A DNA stretch of 64,000 bases, taken from the IMG/VR virus record IMGVR_UViG_2908446538_000001, positions 1-64,000 of that record; one strand, 5' to 3'. The stretch comes from a virus (taxonomy: Duplodnaviria; Caudoviricetes). The notes beneath the pieces are model-generated. The model was not told where the DNA came from. It did no database searches and saw nothing but the letters and a program-made list of their open reading frames with translations. This document shows, one piece after another, positions 25,325 to 35,094 of this stretch. Positions within the stretch are counted from its first letter, which is position 1. Each line of letters starts with the position of its first letter. Both the position numbers and the translations under genes were made by a program.

Positions 25325-25669
25325 GAGCGGGGTTGACACGAAGCTGGCTGCATAATGCTCTGAGTGTCCGTCGATTGAAAAAATCGAAGGCCTCTCCTGT
25401 GAGGCGAGAGTCCCCGTACCGCCCATCACGTTTATCGTTGCTGCACGGTGATAGCTAAAGGCGTTAGCCAGGCCTTCATCCATGTAAAAGCGGTCTGCAC
25501 CTGTATCTATCAACGCGTAAACGATGACGGGTGTCGAGCCCGCAGCGGGGCTGTGAAAGTTTTCGGGCGCAGCTGGCTGCATATTTATCGCGATGACCGG
25601 AGAGCCGCCCGGAGTGTCGCTGACTAATCCGGCATCAGACATGAATTGAATCTTGATCTTTGTAGCCAT
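25214..25669 (-). CDS. Retropepsin-like (clan AA) aspartic protease, moron
   Basis: ALIDTGAD catalytic motif, VMGGTG flap, VLGLEFL C-terminal motif. Confidence 0.8.
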   Translation of the reverse strand: MATKIKIQFMSDAGLVSDTPGGSPVIAINMQPAAPENFHSPAAGSTPVIVYALIDTGADRFYMDEGLANAFSYHRAATINVMGGTGTLASQERPSIFSIDGHSEHYAASFVSTPLSANGRTYQAVLGLEFLKQGALVMDFNEGVFEFTLGS

Positions 25670-25723
25670 GCTAGCCGTCCATCGTTTTGCTATAGGGGCA
25701 ATGACGATAGCACGGAGCCATAT

Positions 25724-25748
25724 GCCCTCCACTGAGCGGGCTTTTTAT
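25724..25748 (+). terminator. Intrinsic terminator-like hairpin
   Basis: GCCC-TCCACTGAGC-GGGC + T-tract. Confidence 0.55.
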
Positions 25749-25792
25749 TCCTGCGCTCCCAGACCAGGGAGAACAACAAATACGGAGCAACG

Positions 25793-26164
25793 ATGGATCC
25801 TACTGACCTCGGCCCGGGCACAGCTACCTGGCTGGGCGGTAGCGCCACCGTGGTGCTGGGTGGCTTGCTTTGGCTGCGCCGGTTCCTCTCCAAGGATGCG
25901 ACTGACCGGGCAATGGATAGCGCCGATATCGGCACGCTGAAGCGGCTGAACGAACTGCTGAACCAAGAGCGCGCCGCCCGCAAAGAAGCCGAGTCCCGCG
26001 CCGATCAGTTCGCCAAGGAGCGCAACGACCTTGCCGCCGCAGTAGGCCGCATGGAAGGCAAGATCGAGGCCCTGACTAGTCAGGTCGCCCAACTTACTGA
26101 CCGCGTGACGCAGCAGAGCGACGAGATCACTCGCCTGCGTACCAAGCTGGGAGGTATCGCCTGA
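25793..26164 (+). CDS. Putative holin-position protein (1 TM + coiled coil)
   Basis: N-terminal TM; position before terS. Confidence 0.5.
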   Translation: MDPTDLGPGTATWLGGSATVVLGGLLWLRRFLSKDATDRAMDSADIGTLKRLNELLNQERAARKEAESRADQFAKERNDLAAAVGRMEGKIEALTSQVAQLTDRVTQQSDEITRLRTKLGGIA

Positions 26165-26481
26165 TGGACAGATGCGCATTGGAATTTATCGCCCGCCGCT
26201 GGTGGCGCCGGGCCGAAGTATGGGCGATTGCCGTCGTGCTGGTGGGTGGTGGTGCTGTTCTCGGCTACCAGGCTGCTTACTGGTCGCTCGCCGAGAAGCA
26301 GAGCAACCAGGTGACCGACATCCGCAAAGCCTATGACACCGCAATGGGCGAGCGCGATAAGCGCCTGGAAGAGCTGACCCGCCAAACCGGCACTGCTGCC
26401 GACAAGGCGACCAAGGCAGCAACGACTGCGGCCCAGGCTGCCGACAAAGCGGATGAAGCCCTCAACCGGGTAACTCAATAA
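26164..26481 (+). CDS. Membrane-anchored coiled-coil protein (holin partner position)
   Basis: One TM; coupled to previous gene. Confidence 0.5.
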   Translation: MDRCALEFIARRWWRRAEVWAIAVVLVGGGAVLGYQAAYWSLAEKQSNQVTDIRKAYDTAMGERDKRLEELTRQTGTAADKATKAATTAAQAADKADEALNRVTQ

Positions 26482-26538
26482 GCCGCGCCACGTTTTCGAA
26501 TGCGCCAAATCGTGGCGCGCAATCATGAGGAATCACCC

Positions 26539-26769
26539 ATGGATAACCAGCACAAGAAAATCACCGGCTACCGCGACCTGAGCCAGTCCGAGATCGACGG
26601 CATGAATTCCATCAAGGCGCTGGAAGCTGACACCGGCGAACTGTTCAAGCAGATCGGCCAGATTGAAGGCGTTGACCCGCGCCTGCTGGCTCTGGCCAAG
26701 ACCAACCTGCAACAGGGCTTCATGTGGTTCGTGCGCTCTATCGCCAAGCCAGCCGATCCATTCAGCTGA
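26539..26769 (+). CDS. acb2: Acb2-like anti-CBASS cyclic-nucleotide sponge
   Basis: MDNQHKKITGYRDLSQSEIDGMNSIK...LALAKTNLQQGFMWFVRSIAKP matches recalled Acb2 N- and C-terminal motifs. Confidence 0.8.
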   Translation: MDNQHKKITGYRDLSQSEIDGMNSIKALEADTGELFKQIGQIEGVDPRLLALAKTNLQQGFMWFVRSIAKPADPFS

Positions 26770-26960
26770 TGGGCGACGTAACCCGCCTGCGCCATGCGCT
26801 ACCGATGAGTCAGGACATCAACGCAGCGGTAAGCGCTCTCGACAAGGCCATTGCTACCGCCGTGGACGCCGCCAAGGCTGCCGGGCTCCCCCAGGGCCTG
26901 ATCGTTGGATTGCTCCACGGCCATGCCCATGCACAGACACACCAAATGGTGACGCAATGA
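26769..26960 (+). CDS. Small hypothetical protein
   Basis: MGDVTRLRH...; coupled. Confidence 0.55.
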   Translation: MGDVTRLRHALPMSQDINAAVSALDKAIATAVDAAKAAGLPQGLIVGLLHGHAHAQTHQMVTQ

Positions 26961-27211
26961 CCGTCAAGGTTCTTGAGTTCAAGCGGGAAGACTGGCGCGA
27001 CGCCGCGAAGACACTGCGCAAGATCGCCGATGACCTGGATGCCGGTGAACATCCCGAGTGCACTGTAGGTGCCTTGACGCTGATCGGTGCGAAGGGAGAG
27101 GTGACTGTGTTCGGCCTCGGCCCCAAGTGCGACGACCTGCAATGCCTGGGGGCGATGCGCCTGGGGGAGCAGAAGCTGATTGATGTGCTGCTCGATGGCG
27201 GGGAAGGGTAG
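26957..27211 (+). CDS. Small hypothetical protein
   Basis: MTVKVLEFKRED...; ATGA overlap. Confidence 0.6.
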   Translation: MTVKVLEFKREDWRDAAKTLRKIADDLDAGEHPECTVGALTLIGAKGEVTVFGLGPKCDDLQCLGAMRLGEQKLIDVLLDGGEG

Positions 27212-27242
27212 GTGTGCCGCAGGTGAGTGCGGCACGGGTGGA

Positions 27243-27437
27243 TCACTGCGCTTTCAGAGCCTCTTGGATTTTGTCCGCGTAGCTAGAGAGCTTTCCCAAC
27301 TCTTGGTCTAGATGGTTTCCGTTGGGGGAGGTTGCCCCAATGCGCACAGAGATGAGTTCCAGCGCAGCATTTACTGCTAGGCCGCGTTTGTCTGCCGCTG
27401 AGCCGTTTTCATACTTGACGTGATCCAAAAGAGCCAT
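27243..27437 (-). CDS. Small moron, opposite strand
   Basis: 64 aa, AAGGA RBS. Confidence 0.55.
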   Translation of the reverse strand: MALLDHVKYENGSAADKRGLAVNAALELISVRIGATSPNGNHLDQELGKLSSYADKIQEALKAQ

Positions 27438-27527
27438 GTCGCATTCCTTGCTGTTGAGTTGATCCTCACCAATACCGGCAAAACCCTAATATTTCAATCA
27501 CGCCTTTAGGTTTAGCTGAGACAATTT

Positions 27528-28127
27528 ATGACAACCAAGCAGCCCGACTGGGAGGCAATCGAACGTGCCTACCGGGCCGGTTCGCTTTCCATCAGAACTA
27601 TCGCTGAGCGCCAGGGCGTGAGCGACACGGCAATCCGGAAGAAAGCCAAGGTTCAAGGATGGGCGAGAGACCTTTCTGACCAGGTGCGCAAAGAGGTTCG
27701 CAGCAAGCTGGTTCGCGGAGAGGTTCGCAACGACCAAGGCGCGAACTGCGAACTTGACGCCGAGATCATCGAAGAGGCCGCAGAAGAAGGGGCTCGGGTG
27801 GTTCGCAGCCATCGCCGAGACATTCGCAAGGCCACGAACCTTGCGAACTTGCTGATGGATGACCTGCTTAATACCATCCAGCGCCGCGAAGAGATTGAAG
27901 ACGCGATCATCGACGAGACTGGCGAGGACAATAACGGGATGCGCCGGGCCTCGATGCTCGCTGCTGTCGCGCTACCCAGCAATTCCAAAACCCTGTTCCA
28001 GCTTTCCTCTGCAATGAAGAACCTGCAAGTTCTGGAGCGTCAGGCATTCAGCCTGGACGAGAAGGAGAAGACGGACGACGCCGACGAGATCTCGAAGATG
28101 ATGGACGAATTAACACAGGACGCCTGA
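27528..28127 (+). CDS. terS: Terminase small subunit
   Basis: PDWEAIERAYRAG.LSIRTIA...AIRKKAKVQGW HTH; precedes terL. Confidence 0.88.
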   Translation: MTTKQPDWEAIERAYRAGSLSIRTIAERQGVSDTAIRKKAKVQGWARDLSDQVRKEVRSKLVRGEVRNDQGANCELDAEIIEEAAEEGARVVRSHRRDIRKATNLANLLMDDLLNTIQRREEIEDAIIDETGEDNNGMRRASMLAAVALPSNSKTLFQLSSAMKNLQVLERQAFSLDEKEKTDDADEISKMMDELTQDA

Positions 28128-28128
28128 C

Positions 28129-29616
28129 ATGAAGCCCGAGCACATGAAGCTGCTTCGGGATCGGTTCTGGCGACTGAATAACCTCTACTTCATCACCGAC
28201 AAGCAGGGTAAGAAGGTTCGCTTCCGCATGACGCAGGAGCAGATCGATTACTTCCAAGGGATGCATACCCGGAACATCATCCTGAAAGCACGCCAGCTTG
28301 GCTTCACGACGCTGGTGTGCATCGTCCAGCTGGACGCGGCGCTGTTCGAGGCTGCCAAGTGCGCCTTGATCGCTCACACATTGAACGATGCCAAGCGACT
28401 TTTCAGGGAAAAGGTCAAATACGCCTACGACAACCTGCCGAAAGAGCTTCGCGCTGCCAACCCAGCACGAAATGACGCCGCCGGTGAGTTGGTGTTTAGC
28501 AAGGGCGGTTCGCTGTACGTCAGTACCTCGTTCCGTGGCGGCACGCTGCGCTACCTGCACGTATCCGAGTTCGGAAAGATCTGCGCCAAGTTCCCGTACA
28601 AGGCGCGGGAGATCGTCACCGGTGCTTTCGAGGCTGTCGCTGCTGAGTGTTTCGTCACCATCGAGTCGACGGCAGAGGGCAGGGCCGGGTATTTCTTTGA
28701 TTACAGTCAGTCGGCAGAGCGCCAGCAACTCGCTGGTGTCCCGCTGGGCCTGCTTGACTGGAAGTTCTTTTTCTTCAGTTGGTGGAACAACAAGGCCTAC
28801 AGCCTTGATTCGACCGACGTGGTGCTGCCGCAGCGCCTGACCGACTACTTCAACGAGTTGTTCGCCAAGCATGGCATCGACACCAGCCCGGGCCAGCGCG
28901 CATGGTACGCCGCCAAGGAGAAGACACTCGGCGACGACATGAAGCGGGAGTACCCGTCGATCCCCGTCGAAGCCTTCCAGCAGTCGGTCGAGGGCGCCTA
29001 CTACGCGCAGCAACTGACGAAGCTCTATGCGCAGCAGCGCATCGGCGTGATACCGAACAACAGCCACCTGCCGGTGATGACCTTCTGGGACATCGGCGTC
29101 GGCGACTCCACGGCCATCTGGTTCGTGCGCCAGGTCGGTGAAGAGTTTCACATCATCGACTACTACGAAAACAGCGGTGAGGGCCTTCGGCACTACATGA
29201 AGGTGCTCAAGGACAAGGGTTACACCTACTCCGAGCACTGGGGGCCGCACGACATTGATAACCGGGAGTTCGGCAGCGATGCCAAGACCCGCCGGGAGTT
29301 GGCTCGGGAGGGCTACGAGATCGATGGGCAGATTTACAGCATGACGTTCGACGTAGTCCCGAAAATTGGCATCAGCGACGGCATCGAAGCGGCGCGGGAG
29401 ATTCTTCCGCTCTGTGTGTTCGATGAGGCGAAGTGCGAGCAGGGTGTTTCCTGCCTTGAGAACTATCGCAAGGAGTGGGACGACAAGCGCGGCTGCTGGA
29501 AAGACAAACCTCTTCACGACTGGACCTCTCACGGCTCCGACGGATTTCGGTACTTCGCCGTGGCGAAGACCGCCAGGAAGCCGGCCACCTCTATCAAAAT
29601 GGGATACGCCCGATGA
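28129..29616 (+). CDS. terL: Terminase large subunit
   Basis: ILKARQLGFTT Walker A, LHVSEFG, WDIGVGDSTAIW, HGSDGFRY. Confidence 0.95.
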   Translation: MKPEHMKLLRDRFWRLNNLYFITDKQGKKVRFRMTQEQIDYFQGMHTRNIILKARQLGFTTLVCIVQLDAALFEAAKCALIAHTLNDAKRLFREKVKYAYDNLPKELRAANPARNDAAGELVFSKGGSLYVSTSFRGGTLRYLHVSEFGKICAKFPYKAREIVTGAFEAVAAECFVTIESTAEGRAGYFFDYSQSAERQQLAGVPLGLLDWKFFFFSWWNNKAYSLDSTDVVLPQRLTDYFNELFAKHGIDTSPGQRAWYAAKEKTLGDDMKREYPSIPVEAFQQSVEGAYYAQQLTKLYAQQRIGVIPNNSHLPVMTFWDIGVGDSTAIWFVRQVGEEFHIIDYYENSGEGLRHYMKVLKDKGYTYSEHWGPHDIDNREFGSDAKTRRELAREGYEIDGQIYSMTFDVVPKIGISDGIEAAREILPLCVFDEAKCEQGVSCLENYRKEWDDKRGCWKDKPLHDWTSHGSDGFRYFAVAKTARKPATSIKMGYAR

Positions 29617-31031
29617 GCAATGACGTCTCCTTCAAGCGGGCGGAATACACGGCAGTGCTGGACCGCTGGGCGACCGTTCGCGACGTCTGCGCAGGACAGC
29701 ACCGAGTTGTCGATCGGCTGCCTTACATCAACGCGCACGACAAGTCGCCGGAGAACGAAGATCGGAACCGGGCTTACCGCGAGCGGGCTGTGTTCAAGAA
29801 CGCCACCGGGCACACCCGTAACGGGCTGCTGGGCCTGGCCTTCCACAAAGATCCGACGCTGACAGTGCCGAAGAAACTGGAATACCTGCAGGACAATGCC
29901 AACGGCTCCGGCGTGAGCATCTACCAGCACTCCCAAGGCACGCTTGAGAAGGTGCTTGAAGCTGGCCGCCACGGTCTGTACGTCGACTATCACCAGGACG
30001 ACGGCATCGGCGGTCACTCAGTGATCCTTTCCTACTGCGCCGAGGACATTATCAACTGGCGCACCGGCATGGTGAATGGTCACAGTGTGCTAACGCTGGT
30101 GGTGCTGCGGGAGTCGCCGGAGATACCGGACGGGTTTGGCTACAAGACAGCTGAGCAGTACCGGGAACTGGCGCTGGAGGACGACGGTTTTGTCTGCCGC
30201 GTCTGGCGTCGGTCCGGTCCGAAAGGTGGCGGGCCGCTGGCGGTCATCGAAGAGTTCAGGCCGGAAGGCGTCACTGGGCGCTTAAAGGAGATTCCGTTCA
30301 CCTTCGTGGGCGCGCAGAACAACGACTCAAGCATCGACGAATCGCCGCTCTACGACATCGCCATGATTAACCTGGGCCATTACCGGAACAGCGCCGACTA
30401 CGAAGACAGCGTCTTCTGGTGCGGCCAGGCCCAGCCATGGATTTCGGGCCTGACCGAGCAGTGGGTAAAGCTGCTCGAAGCAAAGGGGGTTTACGTCGGA
30501 TCGCGCGCGCCGATGCTTTTGCCTGCTGGTGGTACATTCGGCTACGCGCAACCGGCGCCGAACACGCTGGTCAAGGAAGCAATGGCCGACAAGAACCAGA
30601 TGATGATCGAACTGGGCGCCCGGATGGTGGTTGCGTCTCTGTCGTCCAAGACGGCGACCGAGGCCCGGGGCGATCAGTCGGCGTCCACATCAGTGCTGGC
30701 TGGCTGCGTGGCAAACGTCAGCGAGGCCTACACCCGGGCAATCATGTGGTGCTGCGCCTACATGGGTATCGCTGACAAGAAGGTCGCCTATCAGGTGAAT
30801 CAGGAGTTCGTCGAACTGACGGCCGATCCGCAGATGATCACTGCCCTTGTAGGGTTGTGGCAGAACGGAGGGTTCGCAAAAGCGGATCTTCGGGCATATC
30901 TGCGCAAGCTGGGGCTGATCGCGCCAGAGCGAACTGACGAGCAGATCGACGGCGAACTGGAAGAGCAGGGCGATGGCCTGGGCCTGGACGACGAGGACAA
31001 AGTAGATGGCGGCGAACCAAGCAATACTTGA
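29613..31031 (+). CDS. Portal protein (DUF4055 type)
   Basis: Follows terL; YRERAVFKN, IPFTFVGA...SPLYDIA motifs. Confidence 0.88.
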   Translation: MSNDVSFKRAEYTAVLDRWATVRDVCAGQHRVVDRLPYINAHDKSPENEDRNRAYRERAVFKNATGHTRNGLLGLAFHKDPTLTVPKKLEYLQDNANGSGVSIYQHSQGTLEKVLEAGRHGLYVDYHQDDGIGGHSVILSYCAEDIINWRTGMVNGHSVLTLVVLRESPEIPDGFGYKTAEQYRELALEDDGFVCRVWRRSGPKGGGPLAVIEEFRPEGVTGRLKEIPFTFVGAQNNDSSIDESPLYDIAMINLGHYRNSADYEDSVFWCGQAQPWISGLTEQWVKLLEAKGVYVGSRAPMLLPAGGTFGYAQPAPNTLVKEAMADKNQMMIELGARMVVASLSSKTATEARGDQSASTSVLAGCVANVSEAYTRAIMWCCAYMGIADKKVAYQVNQEFVELTADPQMITALVGLWQNGGFAKADLRAYLRKLGLIAPERTDEQIDGELEEQGDGLGLDDEDKVDGGEPSNT

Positions 31032-32091
31032 CGCAACCATCCGGCACGCTGTCTTTCTCGAAAAGCTCAAGGCTGGGGAGGTGGGCAAGTTCGCTCCCTT
31101 CCTCAAAGAGATCGACCGGTCCGTTCGGGATCGGCTGACTCAGTCGGACCTGACCGAGTACAACGTCAAGCGCCTGGAAGCTTTGCTTAAAGAGGTCGAC
31201 AGTCTGCTACTTGGCATCTTCGACCGCTATAGCGCGCAACTGAACCTCGACCTGGTGGACATCGCCAATTACGAGGCCGAGTTCGAGGCGACCAGTCTTG
31301 CCAGGTCGGCACCGGTTGGCGTGTCGCTGGATGTAGTCGCGCCGACAGCTGCTGCAATCCGTACCGCCGTGCTGACGAATCCGCTCAGCGTGCGCGGCAC
31401 CGGTGGCGGCAAGCTGTTGAAAGCCTTCATCAAGGGCTGGACCGGCGCCGAGCGAGAGCGCGTCACCGGCACCATCCGGCAAGGCTTCTTTGAAGGGCAG
31501 ACGAACTTCCAGATCATCCGCAACATTCGCGGCACCAAGGCGGCAGGGTACAAAGACGGCATCCTGGCCACCACCAACCGCAATGCCAGCACGGTTGTGC
31601 ATACAGCAATCCAGCATGTGTCGTCACAGGCACGCATGGAGGTGGCGAAGGCCAACACCGACATCGTTGAGGAGATCCAGATAGTCGCAACGCTGGATAG
31701 CAAGACAAGCCAGCAATGCCGCTCATTGGATGGTCGTCGGTTTCCCGTAACGTCGGGGCCGCGACCGCCGTTTCACCCGAATTGCCGCTCCACTTTCATC
31801 ATGCTGACCAAGCTCAGCGAGATGTTCGCAAAGGGCGCGACGCGAGCAGCAGTAGGCGCAGGCGGAGCAGGTCAGGTCAGTGCCAGCCTCGATTACTACA
31901 ACTGGCTGAAAGATCAGCCAGCAGCGTTCCAGGACGAGGCAATCGGGCCGGTGCGAGCAAAACTGTTTCGCGAAGGGGGCCTGACGGTCGAGCGCTTCAC
32001 CGAGTTGCAACTCGATCGCAATTTCGCGCCTCTGACGCTTGCCCAAATGAAAGGGCTGGAGCCTTTGGCATTCGAGCGCGCCGGCATTTGA
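31006..32091 (+). CDS. Minor capsid / head morphogenesis protein (SPP1 gp7-like)
   Basis: ATLDSKTSQQCRSLDG...PPFHPNCRS. Confidence 0.9.
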   Translation: MAANQAILDATIRHAVFLEKLKAGEVGKFAPFLKEIDRSVRDRLTQSDLTEYNVKRLEALLKEVDSLLLGIFDRYSAQLNLDLVDIANYEAEFEATSLARSAPVGVSLDVVAPTAAAIRTAVLTNPLSVRGTGGGKLLKAFIKGWTGAERERVTGTIRQGFFEGQTNFQIIRNIRGTKAAGYKDGILATTNRNASTVVHTAIQHVSSQARMEVAKANTDIVEEIQIVATLDSKTSQQCRSLDGRRFPVTSGPRPPFHPNCRSTFIMLTKLSEMFAKGATRAAVGAGGAGQVSASLDYYNWLKDQPAAFQDEAIGPVRAKLFREGGLTVERFTELQLDRNFAPLTLAQMKGLEPLAFERAGI

Positions 32092-32107
32092 CGCAAGAAA
32101 CTCAATC

Positions 32108-32130
32108 AGCCGCCTTTGGGCGGTTTTTTA
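32108..32130 (+). terminator. Intrinsic terminator
   Basis: GCCGCC/GGGCGG + T-tract. Confidence 0.7.
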
Positions 32131-32173
32131 TTGCCTGCAAAGCGGGCAACACATACCCAAGGGGTGCATCAAC

Positions 32174-32902
32174 GTGGCAGAAGAAAACGAAATCGACCTG
32201 GAAAACCCGGCAATCAAGGCCGCTATCGCGACTGCCGTTGAAGCATCCGTTTCCGGTTTGAAAACCAAGAACTCGGAACTGCTGGGCAAGCTGAAGGAAA
32301 CCTCCGGCAAGCTGACTCAGTTCGAAACCCAGTTTGAAGGCATCGATATCGACGCCGTCAAAGGTCTGCTCAGTCGGGCGGGCCAGGACGAAGAAACCAA
32401 GCTGCTGACCGAGGGCAAGGTAGACGAGGTATTCAATAAGCGCACCGAGCGCCTGCGTGGCGAGCACGACAAGCAACTGAAGACGCTCGCCGGTCGCGCT
32501 GAGAAGGCTGAAGCCTTCGCCGCTAAGTTCCAGGGCAAAGTCCTGGGCGACTCGGTGCGCGGTGCAGCACTGAAAGCCGGCGCATTGCCGGAAGCAACCG
32601 ACGACATCATCTTGCGCGCCAAAGGCGTGTTCTCACTGAACGAAGAGGGCGAAGCCGTCGCTGTTGACGAGAATGGCCAGACCATCCTCGGCAAAGACGG
32701 CAAGACCCCTCTGACTCCGCTTGAATGGGCTGAGTCTCTGCGCGAAAGCGCACCTCACCTGTGGCCAAGGGCTTCAGGGACACATGCCCCGGGCGGGGGC
32801 GGCGGCCAGGCTGCATTTAAGCGCTCCGAAATGACTGCTGAGCAGAAGCGCGACTTCCAGCGCAAGCACGGCCAAACCGCATATCTCGCATTGCCCAAAT
32901 AA
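32174..32902 (+). CDS. Capsid scaffolding protein
   Basis: Coiled coil before major capsid gene. Confidence 0.75.
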   Translation: MAEENEIDLENPAIKAAIATAVEASVSGLKTKNSELLGKLKETSGKLTQFETQFEGIDIDAVKGLLSRAGQDEETKLLTEGKVDEVFNKRTERLRGEHDKQLKTLAGRAEKAEAFAAKFQGKVLGDSVRGAALKAGALPEATDDIILRAKGVFSLNEEGEAVAVDENGQTILGKDGKTPLTPLEWAESLRESAPHLWPRASGTHAPGGGGGQAAFKRSEMTAEQKRDFQRKHGQTAYLALPK

Positions 32903-32914
32903 GGGGAAAGACCC

Positions 32915-33877
32915 ATGGCTACAACTGTCAACAGCGACCTGATCATCTACAACGATGAGGCGCAAACTGCTTACCTGGAGCGCATCCAGGATAACCTGGA
33001 CGTGTTCAATGCCTCGTCCAACGGCGCGATCGTCCTCGACAACGAACTGATCCAAGGCGACTTCCGCAAGCGTGCTTTCTACAAGCTCGGCGGCGGTCTG
33101 GAACACCGCGATGTCAACTCCGACGGCAAGGTAACCGCCAAGAAAATCGGCGCTGGTGAAGCTGTAGGCGTCAAGGCGCCCTGGAAATACGGTCCATACC
33201 AAACCACCGAAGAGGCGTTCAAGCGTCGCGGTCGTGCGGTAGATGAGTTTTCCCAGATCATCGGCGCCGATGTGGCTGATGCGACCATCGAAGGCTTCAT
33301 CGAGTACGCCACCGGCGCCCTCAAGGCTGCCATCGGATCGAACGCCGCAATGGTGGTGTCTGCCAACATCGAAACCGACGGCAAGAAGACCCTGACCCGT
33401 GGCATGCGCAAATTCGGCGACAAGTTTGGCCGCATTGCGCTGTGGGTCATGCACTCGTCTGCCTATTTCGACATCGTTGATGAAGCGATCGCGAACAAGG
33501 TCTACGAAGAAGCGGGCGTCGTGATCTACGGCGGCCTGCCTGGCACCCTGGGCAAGCCGGTGCTGGTGACCGACAAGGCGCCAGTGGATGCGATCTTCGG
33601 CCTGCTGCCGAATGCCGTGGTGATCACCGAGTCCCAGGCCCCGGGTTTCCGTTCTTACGACGTGAACGACGAGGAAAACCTGGCCATCGGTTACCGCGCC
33701 GAGGGCACCGTCAACATCGACGTGCTGGGTTACAGCTGGAAGGAAACCACGGGCGGTACCAACCCGACTCTGGCCGCCGTCGGCTCTGCTGCGAACTGGG
33801 TCAAACACTCGGACAGCAACAAGGTCACCGCTGGCGTGATGATCAACCTCACCACCACGCCACCAGTCGGCGGCTGA
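32915..33877 (+). CDS. Major capsid protein
   Basis: 320 aa, position after scaffold. Confidence 0.85.
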   Translation: MATTVNSDLIIYNDEAQTAYLERIQDNLDVFNASSNGAIVLDNELIQGDFRKRAFYKLGGGLEHRDVNSDGKVTAKKIGAGEAVGVKAPWKYGPYQTTEEAFKRRGRAVDEFSQIIGADVADATIEGFIEYATGALKAAIGSNAAMVVSANIETDGKKTLTRGMRKFGDKFGRIALWVMHSSAYFDIVDEAIANKVYEEAGVVIYGGLPGTLGKPVLVTDKAPVDAIFGLLPNAVVITESQAPGFRSYDVNDEENLAIGYRAEGTVNIDVLGYSWKETTGGTNPTLAAVGSAANWVKHSDSNKVTAGVMINLTTTPPVGG

Positions 33878-33923
33878 TAACCACCCCAGAAAGCGGTCAG
33901 TGATGGCCGCTACGGAGATTCCG

Positions 33924-34514
33924 ATGGAACTCGTTTACACAAATCAGCTTGAAGGCTTCGAGCCTGGCAAGCGTTATCGCGTCCCAGGCCTGTTCCGCAG
34001 CATTGAGCGCGATGCAACAGCGGTGACCGTAGTGGGTAACTATCCCGAAATCGTCACGGCATACGAAGATGTTGGCGTCGATGTTGAGGTGGTCGCGCTG
34101 CCAGAGCCTGTTGTTGTCGGCATGCCGGTGGAGGCATCTAGTGAGTTGTCTAAGCTGCTTGCCGCTCTGCAAGCCGAGAATGGCGCAATGGTTCTGCTGG
34201 TCGACGGCCTGGAGGCTGGCGAAATCCACCGTCCAGAGTCTGGCGAACTGGCGTTGCGCCTGTTTGACGTGCTGGGCACCATCCATGCTTCGGTTGGTGA
34301 GTTGACCACTGAGCGTGATGGCCTGGCCTTGACTGTCGACGCGCTGCGCGCCGAGGTTGAAGCGCTGAAGAAGTCTGCCCTCGCGCCGCCGGTTGATGAG
34401 GCCGGTGAAATCGCGGCGCTGAAAACAAAGCTCGACGAAGCCAAGATTCAGTATCGGGCCAACGCCTCCAAAGAATCCCTGGAAAAGCTCGTCGCTGAGC
34501 TGCCCAAGGAGTAA
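33924..34514 (+). CDS. Head-region accessory protein
   Basis: GGAG RBS; C-terminal HeH-like LKTKLDEAKIQY.ANASKESL. Confidence 0.6.
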   Translation: MELVYTNQLEGFEPGKRYRVPGLFRSIERDATAVTVVGNYPEIVTAYEDVGVDVEVVALPEPVVVGMPVEASSELSKLLAALQAENGAMVLLVDGLEAGEIHRPESGELALRLFDVLGTIHASVGELTTERDGLALTVDALRAEVEALKKSALAPPVDEAGEIAALKTKLDEAKIQYRANASKESLEKLVAELPKE

Positions 34515-34573
34515 TACTGCAGGCTGTCGGTGATCCGGCAGCCGCTCATCAAAACATTCCAGCGAGTTGACGC

Positions 34574-35077
34574 ATGACACTCATCATTGAGGACGGCACT
34601 GGCAAGCCAGACGCCGAAAGCTACGCGAGCGCTGAGGACCTGGCTATGTATGCCGTGAAATTCGGCACGGTCATCCCCGCAGGCGTTCCTGAGCAGGAAG
34701 CGTTGCTGCGCCGGGCCGCCTTGGCGATGGATGGCATGACCTGGAAGGGGCGCAAGATGAGCAGCGAGCAGGGCCTGTCCTGGCCGCGCCGGGAAGTGCT
34801 GCTGGATCATGAGATCAAGCCGAACAACTACCTGCCGGCGCGTATTCAGTACGGCCAGATGGCCCTGGCCGCCGAGATTCACCAGGACGACATCGACCCA
34901 GTGGAGAAGCGCAAAGGTGCTGTCTTACTGGATCGTGTCGAGGGAGCGGTGACGCGGCAGTACGCGGCGATCCCATCTACCAGTAACAGGCTGCTGCCGG
35001 CGGCGCCGGATCGGCCGAGTGCAACCCAGTTTGCCGACTACCTACAAAAGCGCGGGTTGTTCGCGATCCGCGCATAG
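34574..35077 (+). CDS. Head-tail adaptor (DnaT-like annotation family)
   Basis: LIIEDGTGKPDAESYAS, QGLSWPR. Confidence 0.75.
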   Translation: MTLIIEDGTGKPDAESYASAEDLAMYAVKFGTVIPAGVPEQEALLRRAALAMDGMTWKGRKMSSEQGLSWPRREVLLDHEIKPNNYLPARIQYGQMALAAEIHQDDIDPVEKRKGAVLLDRVEGAVTRQYAAIPSTSNRLLPAAPDRPSATQFADYLQKRGLFAIRA

Positions 35078-35094
35078 CTGCAACGGAGACCACC

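Noticed and set aside
28048-29532. Long antisense/alternative ORFs (also 2593-3279, 32774-33808, 41362-42270, 45712-46914 extension, 49674-50543)
   Set aside because: Shadows of well-supported genes in GC-rich DNA; no motifs or RBS.
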